Shown here: positions 1-10,709 of the stretch, one piece after another
Position numbering within the stretch: position 1 is the first letter of the stretch
Layout of the letters: each line of letters begins with the position of its first letter
Source of the DNA: an uncultured Pseudomonadota bacterium
GTDB taxonomy: Bacteria; Babelota; Babeliae; Babelales; RVW-14
Assembly: GCA_964534555.1 (NCBI GenBank)
Contig: CAZHRK010000001.1
Location: 500,600-532,599, forward strand
Length of the DNA stretch: 32,000 bases
Reading direction: 5' to 3'
Made by a program: the position numbers and the translations under genes
Notes under the pieces: model-generated
The model's input: only the letters and a program-made list of their open reading frames with translations
Database searches by the model: none
Told to the model about the DNA's origin: nothing

Positions 1-125
1 ACCTTGTGTGTGGGTTACTTTGCTTTTCTGCATTATATCAATAAGTGGCAAACTAAAAGTTGTAGAAAATATTGGTTATAAACAAGTTGTTTATTATCGG
101 CATGTTCATTACGGGATTATAAGCT

Positions 126-509
126 ATGCCAACAATAAATCAGTTAGTGCGCTTTGGGCGCAAAAGAACTAAAAATCGTACAAAATCACCTGCGTTGAGT
201 GAGTGTCCACAGCGTCGCGGTGTTTGTACTCGTGTATCGACCATGACACCTAAAAAGCCGAACTCAGCGCTTCGAAAAATCGCTCGTGTAAAGCTAACAA
301 CTGGTAAAGAGATCACAGCTTACATCCCTGGTGAAGGTCACAACCTGCAAGAGCACTCTGTTGTACTCGTGCGTGGTGGTCGTGTAAAAGACTTGCCCGG
401 TGTGCGTTATCACATTATTCGAGGAACACTCGATTGCGCTGGCGTACAAAACAGAATGCAGTCACGTTCACTTTATGGAGCTAAGCGCAAGAAGAAAGGT
501 GATAAATAA
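126..509 (+). CDS. rpsL: 30S ribosomal protein S12
   Basis: 127-aa ORF with PTINQL N-terminus and the KKPNSALRK and [13 protein letters not shown] motifs. First gene of the str operon order. Confidence 0.97.
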   Translation: MPTINQLVRFGRKRTKNRTKSPALSECPQRRGVCTRVSTMTPKKPNSALRKIARVKLTTGKEITAYIPGEGHNLQEHSVVLVRGGRVKDLPGVRYHIIRGTLDCAGVQNRMQSRSLYGAKRKKKGDK

Positions 510-991
510 TGCCACGTCGTAAAAGAGTTTTAAAACGTCGAGATATTGGCGTTGATCCTCGTTTTGGTTCAATGGTTGTTCAAAAGCTTATCAATATTGT
601 AATGGAGCGCGGTAAGAAGAGCGTTGCACGTAATATTGTGTATGAAGCGTTTGATGTTATCGCACAAAAAGTAAATGGCGATGATAAAAAAGCATTCATG
701 CTTTTTGAAAATGCTCTTGAGCAAATCAAACCATACATTGAAGTCCGCTCTCGTCGTGTTGGTGGTGGTGTTTATCAAATCCCAACAGAAGTTCGTCCAT
801 CTCGTCAGATGTCTTTGACGTTCCGCTGGTTGATTGATTCCGCTGCAAGCCGTTCTGATAAAACTATGGGCAAACGCTTGGCTGCAGAATTGCTAGAAGC
901 TTCTGAAGGACACGGGAACGCTGTTAAAAAGCGTAACGATGTTCACCGTATGGCTGAAGCGAACCGCGCGTTCTCACACTACGCTTGGTAA
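509..991 (+). CDS. rpsG: 30S ribosomal protein S7
   Basis: 160 aa with MPRR... N-terminus and ...[11 protein letters not shown]-terminus, both typical of S7. TAATG overlap with the rpsL stop. Confidence 0.97.
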   Translation: MPRRKRVLKRRDIGVDPRFGSMVVQKLINIVMERGKKSVARNIVYEAFDVIAQKVNGDDKKAFMLFENALEQIKPYIEVRSRRVGGGVYQIPTEVRPSRQMSLTFRWLIDSAASRSDKTMGKRLAAELLEASEGHGNAVKKRNDVHRMAEANRAFSHYAW

Positions 992-1008
992 GGTTGGGGA
1001 CTATTGTT

Positions 1009-3078
1009 ATGAGTAATATGAAGCTTCAAAAACTTAGAAATATTGGTATCGCTGCCCACATTGATGCTGGAAAAACAACGCTTACAGAGCGTATTCTTTT
1101 CTACACCGGTGTATCACACAAAATTGGTGAAGTACACGAAGGTGAAGCGACTATGGACTGGATGGAGCAAGAGCGTGAGCGTGGTATTACCATCACCGCT
1201 GCTGCAACAACTTGTCGTTGGGCCGATCATCAAATTAACATTATTGATACCCCAGGTCACGTAGACTTTACAATTGAAGTAGAGCGTTCAATGCGTGTTC
1301 TTGATGGTGCAGTGGCTGTTTTCTCTGGTGTTGATGGTGTTGAGCCTCAGTCAGAGACTGTTTGGCGCCAGGCTGACAAACACAGAGTTCCGCGTATTGC
1401 ATTTGTTAATAAGCTTGATCGTGTTGGTGCGGATTATTTTGCTGTTGTTGATGATATTAACAACAAGCTTCACGGTAATGCTATTGCAATGCAAATTCCA
1501 GTTGGATTGTCTGATGAGTTCAGGGCTGTTATTGACGTTTTAACAAAACGTATGGCAGTTACTGATGAAAGCTCAAGCGGTCAGGTTATTAAGTGGGAAG
1601 ATGTTCCTGCTGAGTATCAAGAGAAAGTTGATGAGCTCTACAATAAAATTGTTGAAAGAGCTTGCGACTTTAATGATGTGCTTGCTGAGAAATATTTGGA
1701 CGGTAAGGAAATTACTGTTGCTGAAGTAAAAGATGCTCTTCGTCAGGGTGTTATTCAGCAAAAAGTAACTCCGGTATTTGGTGGCGCGGCATTTAAAAAC
1801 AAAGGCGTACAGCTTTTGCTTGATGCTGTTATCGATTACCTCCCATCTCCGCTTGATATTCCTCCTGTTGAAGGTATTAATCCTGATACAAAAGATCCTG
1901 TTGTGCAAAAAGCGGACGACAATGCGCCGTTCTGTGCGTTGGCATTCAAAATTATGATTGATCCATTTGTTGGATCATTGACCTTTATTCGTGTTTACTC
2001 TGGTAAGCTTGATGCTGGATCATATATTTATAATGTTACTCGTGGCAAAAAAGAGCGCGTAAGCCGACTTCTTAAAATGCACGCAAACAAACGTGAAGAA
2101 ATTACGTCTGTTGCAGCTGGTGATATTGCCGCTGTTGTTGGTATTAAAGATGTTGTTACTGGTGATACTTTGGCTGATGAGTCAAATCCAGTATTGCTTG
2201 AAACAATTACAGCACCAGATCCAGTTATTCATATTGCAATTGAGCCAAAAGGTAAGGGCGACTACGAAAAAATGGTTATCGCTCTTCGCAAGCTTATGCA
2301 AGAAGATCCATCATTCAGATTCTCTTATGATCCTGAAACAAGCCAAACAATTATCTCAGGAATGGGTGAGCTTCACCTTGAAATTATTGTTGACCGCTTG
2401 CTTAGAGAGCATAAGGTTGAAGCAAATGTGGGTAAAGCACAGGTAGCGTACAAAGAAACTATTCAGCGTCCTGTTGACTCAGAAGGTAAGTTTATTCGTC
2501 AGTCTGGTGGTCATGGTCAATATGGTCATTGCTGGATTAAACTTGAGCCTCGTGAGCGCGGTGCCGGTTATGAATTTGTAAACGGTATTACGGGCGGTGT
2601 TGTTCCTAGAGAATATATTCCTGGCATCGAAAAAGGTCTTCAGGAAGCTCTTGGAAGCGGTGTTCTTGCTGGATTCCCAGTTGTTGATATTAAAGCAACA
2701 GTTTACGACGGTTCTTATCACGATGTTGACTCTTCTGAATTAGCGTTTAAAATAGCTGCTTCTATGGCATTCAAAGATGGTTGCGCAAAAGCATCACCGG
2801 TGCTTCTTGAGCCTATCATGAAAGTAGAAGTATTAACGCCAGAAGAAAACATGGGTGACGTCATGGGTGACTTAAACTCACGCCGTGGTCGTATCATGGG
2901 AATGGAAGCTCGCAAAGGTGTTCAAGCTATTAATGCTGAAGTACCGCTTGCTGAGATGTTTGGTTACTCAACCTCGTTACGTTCTTTGACTAAAGGTCGC
3001 GCAAGCTACTCAATGCAATTTGAGTGCTATCGTGAAGTTCCTAAGAACGTGCAGGATGCAGTTGTTAACAAAAAATAA
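1009..3078 (+). CDS. fusA: elongation factor G
   Basis: GTPase motifs [14 protein letters not shown] and NKLD, with EF-G domains throughout. The ORF is open from 985, but ATG 1009 lies after the rpsG stop (989-991) and a purine-rich SD (AGGTTGGGGA). Confidence 0.96.
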   Translation: MSNMKLQKLRNIGIAAHIDAGKTTLTERILFYTGVSHKIGEVHEGEATMDWMEQERERGITITAAATTCRWADHQINIIDTPGHVDFTIEVERSMRVLDGAVAVFSGVDGVEPQSETVWRQADKHRVPRIAFVNKLDRVGADYFAVVDDINNKLHGNAIAMQIPVGLSDEFRAVIDVLTKRMAVTDESSSGQVIKWEDVPAEYQEKVDELYNKIVERACDFNDVLAEKYLDGKEITVAEVKDALRQGVIQQKVTPVFGGAAFKNKGVQLLLDAVIDYLPSPLDIPPVEGINPDTKDPVVQKADDNAPFCALAFKIMIDPFVGSLTFIRVYSGKLDAGSYIYNVTRGKKERVSRLLKMHANKREEITSVAAGDIAAVVGIKDVVTGDTLADESNPVLLETITAPDPVIHIAIEPKGKGDYEKMVIALRKLMQEDPSFRFSYDPETSQTIISGMGELHLEIIVDRLLREHKVEANVGKAQVAYKETIQRPVDSEGKFIRQSGGHGQYGHCWIKLEPRERGAGYEFVNGITGGVVPREYIPGIEKGLQEALGSGVLAGFPVVDIKATVYDGSYHDVDSSELAFKIAASMAFKDGCAKASPVLLEPIMKVEVLTPEENMGDVMGDLNSRRGRIMGMEARKGVQAINAEVPLAEMFGYSTSLRSLTKGRASYSMQFECYREVPKNVQDAVVNKK

Positions 3079-3112
3079 ATTAACTTAATACACAATCTTA
3101 GAAGGAATAGCG

Positions 3113-4303
3113 ATGGCAAAAGGTGTATTTGAGCGTAAAAAGCCTCATATAAACATTGGTACCATCGGTCACGTTGACCACGGTAAAACCACTCTTACAG
3201 CTGCGATCACAAAAGTACTTGCTGAGCAAGGTATGGCTGAGTTCAAGGCGTATGATCAAATTGATAAATCACCAGAAGAAAAAGCTCGTGGTATTACCAT
3301 CAACGCAACACACGTTGAATACGAGACTCCAAATCGTCACTATGCACACGTAGACTGCCCAGGTCACGCTGACTATGTTAAAAACATGATCACCGGTGCT
3401 GCACAAATGGACGGAGCTATTCTTGTAGTATCTGCACCAGATGGACCAATGCCACAAACACGTGAGCACATCCTTCTTGCTCGTCAAGTGGGTGTTCCAG
3501 CAATCGTTGTTTTCTTGAACAAAGTAGACATGGTTGATGATATGGGCATGGTTGAGCTGGTTGAAGAAGAAGTAAGAGAGCTTCTTACAAAGAACGGCTT
3601 CCCTGGCGACAAAACTCCAATCGTTCGTGGTTCTGCACTTAAAGCACTTGGTGGCGACCAAAGCGATATCGGTGTTAAAGCTGTACTCAAGTTGATGGAA
3701 GAAGTTGATGGATTTATCCCAACACCACAACGTGATGTTGAAAAGCCATTCTTGATGCCAATCGAAGACGTATTCTCAATTTCAGGTCGTGGAACTGTTG
3801 TAACAGGTCGTGTTGAGCGCGGTGTTGTGAAAGTTGGCCAAGAAATCGAAATCGTTGGTTTCAGAGATGTACAGAAGACAACTGTAACCGGCGTTGAGAT
3901 GTTCAATAAAGAAATGAAAGAAGGTTTGGCTGGAGACAACTGCGGTCTACTCCTTCGTGGTACAAAGAAAGAAGACGTTGAGCGCGGCCAAGTTTGTGCG
4001 GCTGTTGGCTCCGTTACACCACACAAGAAATTTAAAGCACAAATTCTTGTTCTGAAAAAAGAAGAAGGTGGACGTCACAGCCCATTCTTCACTGGTTATA
4101 GACCACAGTTCTATTTCAGAACAACAGACGTAACAGGTAGCGTTACTCTCCCAGCTGGCCGTGAAATGGTTATGCCTGGAGACGACGTTGAAGTTACAGT
4201 CGAGCTTGTAAGCAAGATCGCTATGGATAAAGAGCTGAAGTTCGCTGTTCGTGAGGGTGGCAGAACTATCGGTGCTGGTGTTGTAACCCAAATTATCGAA
4301 TAA
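3113..4303 (+). CDS. tuf: elongation factor Tu
   Basis: 396 aa with [17 protein letters not shown] and NKVD motifs. Full-length EF-Tu-like sequence. GAAGGAA SD upstream. Confidence 0.98.
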   Translation: MAKGVFERKKPHINIGTIGHVDHGKTTLTAAITKVLAEQGMAEFKAYDQIDKSPEEKARGITINATHVEYETPNRHYAHVDCPGHADYVKNMITGAAQMDGAILVVSAPDGPMPQTREHILLARQVGVPAIVVFLNKVDMVDDMGMVELVEEEVRELLTKNGFPGDKTPIVRGSALKALGGDQSDIGVKAVLKLMEEVDGFIPTPQRDVEKPFLMPIEDVFSISGRGTVVTGRVERGVVKVGQEIEIVGFRDVQKTTVTGVEMFNKEMKEGLAGDNCGLLLRGTKKEDVERGQVCAAVGSVTPHKKFKAQILVLKKEEGGRHSPFFTGYRPQFYFRTTDVTGSVTLPAGREMVMPGDDVEVTVELVSKIAMDKELKFAVREGGRTIGAGVVTQIIE

Positions 4304-4320
4304 TGTTAGGCTGAAGAGCA

Positions 4321-4629
4321 ATGATGAAAAAGCAAAAAATTCGCTTAACATTAAGATCATACGATCACCGCTTGCTCGACAACGCGGTTAAACAAATTGT
4401 AATGACGGTAAAAAGAACAGGATCCCACGTTGTGGGTCCTGTTCCACTTCCCAACAGAAAGCGTATATTTACAGTGTTGAGATCTCCTCACATTGATAAA
4501 AAATCGCGCGAGCAGTTTGAAATCATTACACACAAGAGAGTATTGGATATTGTCTCACCTGCCGAACAAACAATGGACGCGCTAATGAAATTAAATATTT
4601 CAGCTGGCGTTGATGTTGAAATTAAGTAA
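4321..4629 (+). CDS. rpsJ: 30S ribosomal protein S10
   Basis: 102 aa with the [15 protein letters not shown] and [14 protein letters not shown] motifs. First gene of the S10 block, 17 nt after tuf. Confidence 0.96.
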   Translation: MMKKQKIRLTLRSYDHRLLDNAVKQIVMTVKRTGSHVVGPVPLPNRKRIFTVLRSPHIDKKSREQFEIITHKRVLDIVSPAEQTMDALMKLNISAGVDVEIK

Positions 4630-4652
4630 GGTGAGCTCCTTAAGAGGCTGCT

Positions 4653-5282
4653 ATGTTGAACAGTGTTTTTGGAACAAAAATTGGAATGACACAAGTCTTT
4701 GATGCTCAAGGAAATGTGACTCCAGTTACTGTTGTAGATGTTAACAATCTGGTTGTGACGCAGATTAAATCTTCTGACAAAGAAGGTTATAATGCGCTCC
4801 AAGTTGGATTGCTCAGAGAGCGTTTCCGCGCTCAAAGCTTTTCGCCGCTTTGGCTTAAAGCTAAGAAAGATCATTTCTTAAATACACGTGAGATTAAGGT
4901 TGATGCTGTCGCTGACTTTGCATTAGGTCAAGCTATTAGCATGGATAACACCCAAATTAATGAAGGTGATACTGTAGCAGTTACAGGTATCTCCAAAGGT
5001 CTTGGTTTTCAGGGTGTTGTCAAGCGTCATGGATTTGGCGGTGGCCCAAAAGCCCACGGATCCAAGTTTCACAGACGTCCTGGTTCAAGCGGACATTTAA
5101 GACGTCAAGGTGAAATTATTAAAGGTAAGCGCTTTCCAGGTCATGCAGGCGTCGAGCAGGTAACTGTTCGTGGTTTGACTGTTATCAGAATTGATAAAGA
5201 GACCGGGCATCTTTATATTAAAGGCGCGATCCCAGGCAAAAGACATTCTTTTGTAACTATCAAGAAGCAAGGGATCAAATAA
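4653..5282 (+). CDS. rplC: 50S ribosomal protein L3
   Basis: 209 aa with [10 protein letters not shown]-terminus and [10 protein letters not shown] motif. Position in the S10 operon order. Confidence 0.96.
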   Translation: MLNSVFGTKIGMTQVFDAQGNVTPVTVVDVNNLVVTQIKSSDKEGYNALQVGLLRERFRAQSFSPLWLKAKKDHFLNTREIKVDAVADFALGQAISMDNTQINEGDTVAVTGISKGLGFQGVVKRHGFGGGPKAHGSKFHRRPGSSGHLRRQGEIIKGKRFPGHAGVEQVTVRGLTVIRIDKETGHLYIKGAIPGKRHSFVTIKKQGIK

Positions 5283-5917
5283 TGACAGCAATTACAATTC
5301 TTAAAAATAACGGATCCTCTCAAGACAAAATGCAACTTAAAGTAGGCATTGAGCGTAGAGAAGAGAGCCCTATAACATTTGCAACAGCGATTCGTTCTCT
5401 GTTCCAAAACTGGCGTCAAGGTACAGTTGCGTCAAAAACTCGTGGACAACTTGCTTTCTCCAATAAAAAACCATGGAGACAAAAAGGTACAGGTCGTGCA
5501 CGTGTTAGCTCCATCAGATCTCCTCTTTGGAGAAAAGGTGGTGTGATATTTGGTCCACAGCCGCGTGTTCGTGAACTTGATTTGAACGCAAAGCAGCGTC
5601 CGCTTGTATTCAACAACTTGTTTTTTAACAAAGTTGATGCAAATGGAATCTTCTGCTTGGAAGGTGCTAATTTTGCAAAGCCAAGCACAAAGCAAGCTTT
5701 TGGTGCGCTTAAGTCACTTGGCCTTGAGAATAAAAAAGTACTTTTATTCTTAAGCGTTAATGACGAGATGGCATACTCATCATTCAGAAATATTCCAAAC
5801 GTAAACATTATTCTTTTTGATGAGCCAAATGCATACGCATTAAGTAATAGCGATTGCTGGGTGTTCTTATCAAAAGACATCGAATCATTTACCAAGATGG
5901 TGGAGCAATGGAACTAA
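5282..5917 (+). CDS. rplD: 50S ribosomal protein L4
   Basis: 211 aa with the KPWRQKGTGRAR..S.RSPLWR.GG..FGP motif. 1-nt overlap with the rplC stop. Confidence 0.95.
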   Translation: MTAITILKNNGSSQDKMQLKVGIERREESPITFATAIRSLFQNWRQGTVASKTRGQLAFSNKKPWRQKGTGRARVSSIRSPLWRKGGVIFGPQPRVRELDLNAKQRPLVFNNLFFNKVDANGIFCLEGANFAKPSTKQAFGALKSLGLENKKVLLFLSVNDEMAYSSFRNIPNVNIILFDEPNAYALSNSDCWVFLSKDIESFTKMVEQWN

Positions 5918-6252
5918 GATCAACTGATATTATTAAGCGCCCACTTCTTACAACTAAATCACTCGAACTTTACAGAAAGCTCGGACAGTACACATTTGAG
6001 GTACATGTTGAAGCAAACAAACTAATGGTTCGTGATGCAATTCAGCAGATTTGGAATGTAAAAGTTGATGCTGTTCGTATTATTAAAATCGTCGGCAAAA
6101 ATAAGGTTTTCAATAGAAGATCTTATCAATCAGCAGCTAAGAAAAAAGCAGTAATTTCACTCAAGCAAGGCTACAAAATCGAGATTCCTGGTTTGTTTGA
6201 AACAATGGCTGCTCAAAATAATAACGAACAAGCAGTCACTGAGGGTAACTAA
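5908..6252 (+). CDS. rplW: 50S ribosomal protein L23
   Basis: The ORF is open from TTG 5854, but family N-termini match MELRSTDIIKRPLLTTKS starting at ATG 5908. This start overlaps the rplD end by 10 nt and is preceded by GGTGGAG. The acidic/polar C-terminal tail is longer than in E. coli L23. Confidence 0.9.
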   Translation: MELRSTDIIKRPLLTTKSLELYRKLGQYTFEVHVEANKLMVRDAIQQIWNVKVDAVRIIKIVGKNKVFNRRSYQSAAKKKAVISLKQGYKIEIPGLFETMAAQNNNEQAVTEGN

Positions 6253-6254
6253 TT

Positions 6255-7076
6255 ATGGCAACAATAATTGTTACAAGAAAACCAAGAAATCATTCATTAA
6301 GATTTCAACAGTTCGTTGTGCATGACGATCTGACAAATAAAGCACCAGAAAAAAGCCTTACAGCTCCATTAAAAAGAACTGGTGGACGTAACGCTTATGG
6401 TCGTATTACAACACGTCATCGTGGTGGTGGTGCTAAAAAGCTCTACAGAATTATCGATTTCAAGCGCATGCATCGAGATGTTCCCGGTACTGTAGTTGCT
6501 TTTGAATACGATCCAAATAGAAACGTTCCTATTGCATTAATCAGCTATAAGAACGGGGCAAAAGGCTATATTCTCAAACCAGAAGGTTTGAAGGTTGGCG
6601 ATCTTGTTTGCGCAAGCGATAAAGCAGAAGCAAAAGTTGGTAACACATTGCCGCTCTCTGTTATTCCAGTTGGTTTCTTCGTTCACAACGTTGAGCTTTA
6701 TCCTGGACAGGGTGGTAAGTTTGCTCGCTCTGCAGGTTCTTCTGTTCAGCTCGTAAACAAAGAAAACGATCTTGCTATCCTTAAGATGCCAAGTGGCGAG
6801 TTACGTACAGTTAACTGTGCTAACTGGGCTACTGTGGGTGTTCTGTCTAATGCAGAATATCGTAACATGGTTTTGGGTAAAGCAGGTAGAACGAGACATC
6901 TTGGTATTAGACCAACTGTTCGTGGTATGGCTATGAACCCTATCGATCACCCACACGGGGGAGGAGAAGGTCGTTCCAAGTCTGGTTCGCACCCTGTTTC
7001 TCCTTGGGGTAAGGGTTGTAAAGGTACCCGTACACGTCGTAAAAAGAGTTCTGCAATTCTTAAGCGTAGAAAGTAG
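6255..7076 (+). CDS. rplB: 50S ribosomal protein L2
   Basis: 273 aa with the GRNA.GRIT.RHRGGG and MNP.DHPHGGGEG motifs. Confidence 0.97.
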   Translation: MATIIVTRKPRNHSLRFQQFVVHDDLTNKAPEKSLTAPLKRTGGRNAYGRITTRHRGGGAKKLYRIIDFKRMHRDVPGTVVAFEYDPNRNVPIALISYKNGAKGYILKPEGLKVGDLVCASDKAEAKVGNTLPLSVIPVGFFVHNVELYPGQGGKFARSAGSSVQLVNKENDLAILKMPSGELRTVNCANWATVGVLSNAEYRNMVLGKAGRTRHLGIRPTVRGMAMNPIDHPHGGGEGRSKSGSHPVSPWGKGCKGTRTRRKKSSAILKRRK

Positions 7077-7079
7077 TCT

Positions 7080-7358
7080 ATGTCACGTTCACTAAAAAAA
7101 GGCCCTTACGTTGATCTTGGTCTTGCAGAAAAAGTTGCAAAAGTAAGATCATCAGGCAAAAGAGAAGCTATTAAAACCTACAAAAGAGCGAGCGTTATTA
7201 CGCCTGAATTTGTTGGGTTGACATTTGCTGTTCATGATGGACGCAAATTTGTTTCAGTTTTTGTCACTGAAAACATGGTTGGTCATAAACTAGGTGAGTT
7301 CGCAGCGACAAGAACGTTCAGAGCTCATAGTGGTCAGCGCAAGGCAGAGAAAGCGTAA
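7080..7358 (+). CDS. rpsS: 30S ribosomal protein S19
   Basis: 92 aa with the [11 protein letters not shown] and [21 protein letters not shown] motifs. Confidence 0.97.
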   Translation: MSRSLKKGPYVDLGLAEKVAKVRSSGKREAIKTYKRASVITPEFVGLTFAVHDGRKFVSVFVTENMVGHKLGEFAATRTFRAHSGQRKAEKA

Positions 7359-7437
7359 TGCTTATTTGTCAGTGATAAAGAACTGATATACGATTACTGT
7401 TATTTTTGATATACTTTATAAAAATTCAGGTTGAAAT

Positions 7438-7782
7438 ATGCTGGCTAAAGCTATAAGTAAGTACATACGCATTTCGCCCTACAAGTTGAGACCGTATGCT
7501 GATGTCGTCAGAGGTAAGTCTGTCGATCATGCATATGCGTGGCTCAAGAATTGCGCTGTGCGTCGTGCAGAACCAATTCTAAAAGCAGTTGCGTCTGCGT
7601 TTGCAAATGCAAGAGTTAAAAATCCTGATATTAACTCGATGGCAATGGTTTATATTAAAGAAATTCGTATTGACCAAGGCCCGATTGTTAAATACTTCAA
7701 GCCTGCTGCTCAGGGGCGTGCTGCTCCTCAGCGCAAGCGTATGAGCCATATCATGGTAGTTGTTGATAAGGTTCAGTCATAA
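7438..7782 (+). CDS. rplV: 50S ribosomal protein L22
   Basis: 114 aa, alignable by eye to E. coli L22 (...RGK.V..A......IDQGP..K...P.A.GRA....KR.SHI.VVV). Follows an unusually long 79-nt gap. Confidence 0.94.
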   Translation: MLAKAISKYIRISPYKLRPYADVVRGKSVDHAYAWLKNCAVRRAEPILKAVASAFANARVKNPDINSMAMVYIKEIRIDQGPIVKYFKPAAQGRAAPQRKRMSHIMVVVDKVQS

Positions 7783-7808
7783 GTTTACGAGTTTATTTGA
7801 GGTGTAGT

Positions 7809-8456
7809 GTGGGACAAAAAGTTCACCCAGTGGGTTTTAGATTAGGCGTATACGAAGATTGGCAAGGTCACTGGTTTGCCAAGAAAAACTACGGAGCTCA
7901 GGCACTTGAAGATTTTCAAATCAGGAAATTTCTCAAAAGCCGCTTGAATGAATCCGACATTTCAAAAATTGTTATCGACAAGGCTGTCGATAACGTGCGC
8001 ATCACTGTTCACTCTGTTAAACCAGGGATGATTATTGGCCGTAAAGGACAAGGCATTGAGCAGTTGAAGGCGGAACTTAGCAGGTTAGTTGGCAAGGGTG
8101 TAGAGGTTTCTGTTCAGGAAGTTAAAAATCCTGAAATTAACGCACGCCTAGTTGCTGAGAGCATTGCTGATCAGCTGGAGAAGCGCGTTAGTTTCAAGCG
8201 TTTGATGAAAAAAGCAGGTCATGCTGCTCTTAAATCAGGTGCTAAGGGAATCAAGATCTGTATTTCTGGTCGTATTGGCGGTGCTGAAATTGCGCGCGTT
8301 GAGTGGCTTAGACTTGGTTCAATTCCGCTCCATACATTGAGAGCGAATATTGACTATGCACTAGCAGAAGCTCTAACGACGTACGGTCTTATTGGTGTCA
8401 AGGTTTGGATTTGCCGTGGCGAATACCAAACACACGTGACATCTACAAGAGGATAA
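7809..8456 (+). CDS. rpsC: 30S ribosomal protein S3
   Basis: GTG 7809 gives the canonical S3 N-terminus (M)GQKVHPVGFRLG and lies 4 nt after GAGGTG. The ORF-track TTG at 7797 has no SD. KH-domain sequence GMIIGRKGQ is present. Confidence 0.94.
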   Translation: MGQKVHPVGFRLGVYEDWQGHWFAKKNYGAQALEDFQIRKFLKSRLNESDISKIVIDKAVDNVRITVHSVKPGMIIGRKGQGIEQLKAELSRLVGKGVEVSVQEVKNPEINARLVAESIADQLEKRVSFKRLMKKAGHAALKSGAKGIKICISGRIGGAEIARVEWLRLGSIPLHTLRANIDYALAEALTTYGLIGVKVWICRGEYQTHVTSTRG

Positions 8457-8460
8457 CTCC

Positions 8461-8886
8461 ATGTTGATGCCAAAAAAAACCAAGTATAGAAAAGTCCAAA
8501 AGGGACACGTTGCTGGTCGCTCAAAAGGTGCTCGCACTGTTCACTTTGGTGATTATGGTCTCATGGCTGTCGAGGGAGCTCGTATCTCTGCTCGTCAGAT
8601 TGAGGCAATTCGTGTAACGGTTAATAGACGTTTGAAGAAGATTGGCGAATCATTTCTTCGCGTGTTTCCAGATAAACCAGTGAGCAAAAAACCTGCTGAA
8701 ACCCGAATGGGTAAAGGTAAGGGTGCTCCTGAGTTCTGGGTTGCTGTTGTGAAGCGTGGTCGCGTTATCATTGAAATTGGTGGCGGGATTACACGTGAAG
8801 AGGCAAAAGATATTCTGCAGCAAGCAGCATATAAATTGCCAATCAAGACTAAGTTTGTTGAAAAGCAGCAACAAGTGGCTGCTTAA
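8461..8886 (+). CDS. rplP: 50S ribosomal protein L16
   Basis: 141 aa with MLMPKKTKYRK N-terminus and RMGKGKG.PE.W motif. Confidence 0.96.
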   Translation: MLMPKKTKYRKVQKGHVAGRSKGARTVHFGDYGLMAVEGARISARQIEAIRVTVNRRLKKIGESFLRVFPDKPVSKKPAETRMGKGKGAPEFWVAVVKRGRVIIEIGGGITREEAKDILQQAAYKLPIKTKFVEKQQQVAA

Positions 8887-8903
8887 GGAATTAGGTAGAC
8901 ACT

Positions 8904-9098
8904 ATGAAATCGTTACAAGAACTTCGTGCTCTTGATGTATCTTCTCTTAATCAAGAAGTAGAGACAATGAAAAAAAGCATCTTTGATGCAAAAATGGCTC
9001 TTCTAACTGGTCAAGTTAAAGATACCTCTCATTTTAGAAAGACACGCAAAGCTATTGCTCAAGCGTTGACAATTTTGAATCAAAAAAAGCAAGCGTAG
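8904..9098 (+). CDS. rpmC: 50S ribosomal protein L29
   Basis: 64-aa helical protein (ELR......L..E) in the conserved rplP-rpmC-rpsQ position. Confidence 0.9.
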   Translation: MKSLQELRALDVSSLNQEVETMKKSIFDAKMALLTGQVKDTSHFRKTRKAIAQALTILNQKKQA

Positions 9099-9129
9099 TT
9101 TGCGCGTTACGAGATAAAGGTAAAATCAT

Positions 9130-9411
9130 ATGGTAGCTGTTAAGACTACAACTGAACAGACATTAGCGAGTAGTGGAAGAGTTCTCGTTGGACATGTTGT
9201 TTCAGACAAAATGGATAAGACGATCGTTGTAAAAATCGTTCGTACTCTTAAGCATCCTGTGTATGGCAAAGTAATTCGCCTTCACAGAAAGTTTAAGGCT
9301 CATGATGAAAGCAATACTGCTAAAATTGGCGATGTTGTTGAAATCAAAGAGTGTCGTCCTTTGTCTAGAGACAAGCACATGACACTTGTGCGTGTTGTTG
9401 AAGCTGCGTAA
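9130..9411 (+). CDS. rpsQ: 30S ribosomal protein S17
   Basis: 93 aa with the [12 protein letters not shown] and HP.YGK......K..AHDE motifs. Confidence 0.95.
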   Translation: MVAVKTTTEQTLASSGRVLVGHVVSDKMDKTIVVKIVRTLKHPVYGKVIRLHRKFKAHDESNTAKIGDVVEIKECRPLSRDKHMTLVRVVEAA

Positions 9412-9422
9412 GGGGAGATAAT

Positions 9423-9791
9423 ATGGTACAAGAACGTGCAATGCTTACCGTAGCGGACAACTCAGGTGCAAAGATTGCGCAAGTTATTCGTATTTCAGGA
9501 AGTTCTGGTAAACGTTATGCTTACCTTGGTGACATCGTTAAAGTTGCTGTAAAAAAAGCAATTCCAGGTGGAACTGTAAAGAAGAGCGATGTTTGCAATG
9601 GTGTGCTTGTTAGAACACACAAAGAGTATCGTCGTGCTGATGGAACATACATCAGATTCGATGATAACGCTGTTGTTCTACTAGACAAAGAAAATCAGCC
9701 AGTCGGTTCTCGTATTTTTGGACCTGTAGCCCGAGAGTTGAAAGCTGCTGGATATTCAAAAATCATTTCTCTAGCACCAGAAGTGCTATAG
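9423..9791 (+). CDS. rplN: 50S ribosomal protein L14
   Basis: 122 aa with M.Q....[10 protein letters not shown]-terminus and the R.DG..IRFD.NA motif. Confidence 0.97.
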   Translation: MVQERAMLTVADNSGAKIAQVIRISGSSGKRYAYLGDIVKVAVKKAIPGGTVKKSDVCNGVLVRTHKEYRRADGTYIRFDDNAVVLLDKENQPVGSRIFGPVARELKAAGYSKIISLAPEVL

Positions 9792-9810
9792 ATAATAGGG
9801 GACAAAGACT

Positions 9811-10125
9811 ATGTTAGCTCGAATAAAAAAGAACGACACTGTATTAGTGTTGTCTGGTAAGGATAAAGGTAAGCAAACAGAAGTGCTTGCTGTTTATCCA
9901 AAAGAAGATATGGCTCTGGTTAAAGATGTGTCTGTAGTAACACGTCATGTTAAACCAACCAAGCAAGGACAGAAGGGCTCTATTGTAAAAGAAGAGCGCC
10001 CTGTACGTCTTTCAAAAATTATGCCTGTTTGTTCTTCATGCAAAAAAGCATGCAGAATTCAAGTCAAAGAGCTTGAAGCAGGTGATAAAGTTAGAATTTG
10101 TAATCGTTGCAAAGAATCCTTCTAG
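9811..10125 (+). CDS. rplX: 50S ribosomal protein L24 (four-Cys C-terminal variant)
   Basis: 104 aa with the KOW motif IKKNDTVLVLSGKDKGK. The C-terminus carries CSSC...CNRC. Confidence 0.94.
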   Translation: MLARIKKNDTVLVLSGKDKGKQTEVLAVYPKEDMALVKDVSVVTRHVKPTKQGQKGSIVKEERPVRLSKIMPVCSSCKKACRIQVKELEAGDKVRICNRCKESF

Positions 10126-10145
10126 GTCCGGTAAGGTTGCGTGAT

Positions 10146-10694
10146 ATGAAATCTCGTTTAGAGGAACTTTATAAAACCAAAGTTCGCCAAGAGCTGTTTA
10201 AAGAACTTGGTCTTGAAAACGTAATGGAAATTCCAAAGGTTTCCAAAGTCGTTGTGAACATTGGTTTGAAAGAAGCGATCGCTGACTCAAAAGTTGTTGC
10301 ATTAGCAAAAGGTGTGATTGATCAGATTACTGGCCAATCTTCAACCAAAACGCTAGCTAAAAAGTCTATTGCAGGCTTTAAGCTTCGTGAAGGTATGCCT
10401 ATTGGTGTTATGGTAACCTTGAGAAACGATCGTATGTACCATTTCTTAGATAAACTCATCAATGTTGTGTTGCCTGCTGTCAGAGACTTCCAAGGCGTAA
10501 AACCAAAATTTGATGGAAGTGGTAATTATAATCTTGGCATTAAAGATTGGATGGTATTTCCAGAGATTGACTACGATACAGTAGATAGATCTCGTGGTTT
10601 GAACATCACAATTTGTACTTCAACAGATAACGACAAGCATGCGCTTGAGTTGTTGAAGAAGTTCAATATGCCTTTTGTTGGCCAATCTCGCTAA
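10146..10694 (+). CDS. rplE: 50S ribosomal protein L5
   Basis: The ORF is open from 10107, but ATG 10146 lies after the rplX stop (10123-10125) and gives the family-like N-terminus MKSRLEELYKTKV.... Also has the F.LREGMPIG motif. Confidence 0.94.
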   Translation: MKSRLEELYKTKVRQELFKELGLENVMEIPKVSKVVVNIGLKEAIADSKVVALAKGVIDQITGQSSTKTLAKKSIAGFKLREGMPIGVMVTLRNDRMYHFLDKLINVVLPAVRDFQGVKPKFDGSGNYNLGIKDWMVFPEIDYDTVDRSRGLNITICTSTDNDKHALELLKKFNMPFVGQSR

Positions 10695-10709
10695 TACGAA
10701 GGATAATTC

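Noticed and set aside
1-125. Promoter upstream of rpsL (for example TTGTAG 60-65, TTGTTT 87-92, and various TATAAA/TATTAT hexamers).
   Set aside because: No -35/-10 pair has acceptable 16-18 nt spacing, and the AT-rich sequence makes chance hexamers likely. The operon promoter may lie upstream of the window.
985-1008. Upstream extensions of ORF-track starts: 985 (fusA), 5854 (rplW), 7797 (rpsC), 10107 (rplE), 18112 (rpoA), 21418 (gene A), 25353 (gene B) and 27560 (gene D).
   Set aside because: Most of these extensions overlap the preceding gene or a terminator hairpin. They lack properly spaced SDs and add residues not seen at family N-termini, so the downstream starts were preferred. Residual uncertainty is a few codons for rpoA, B and D.
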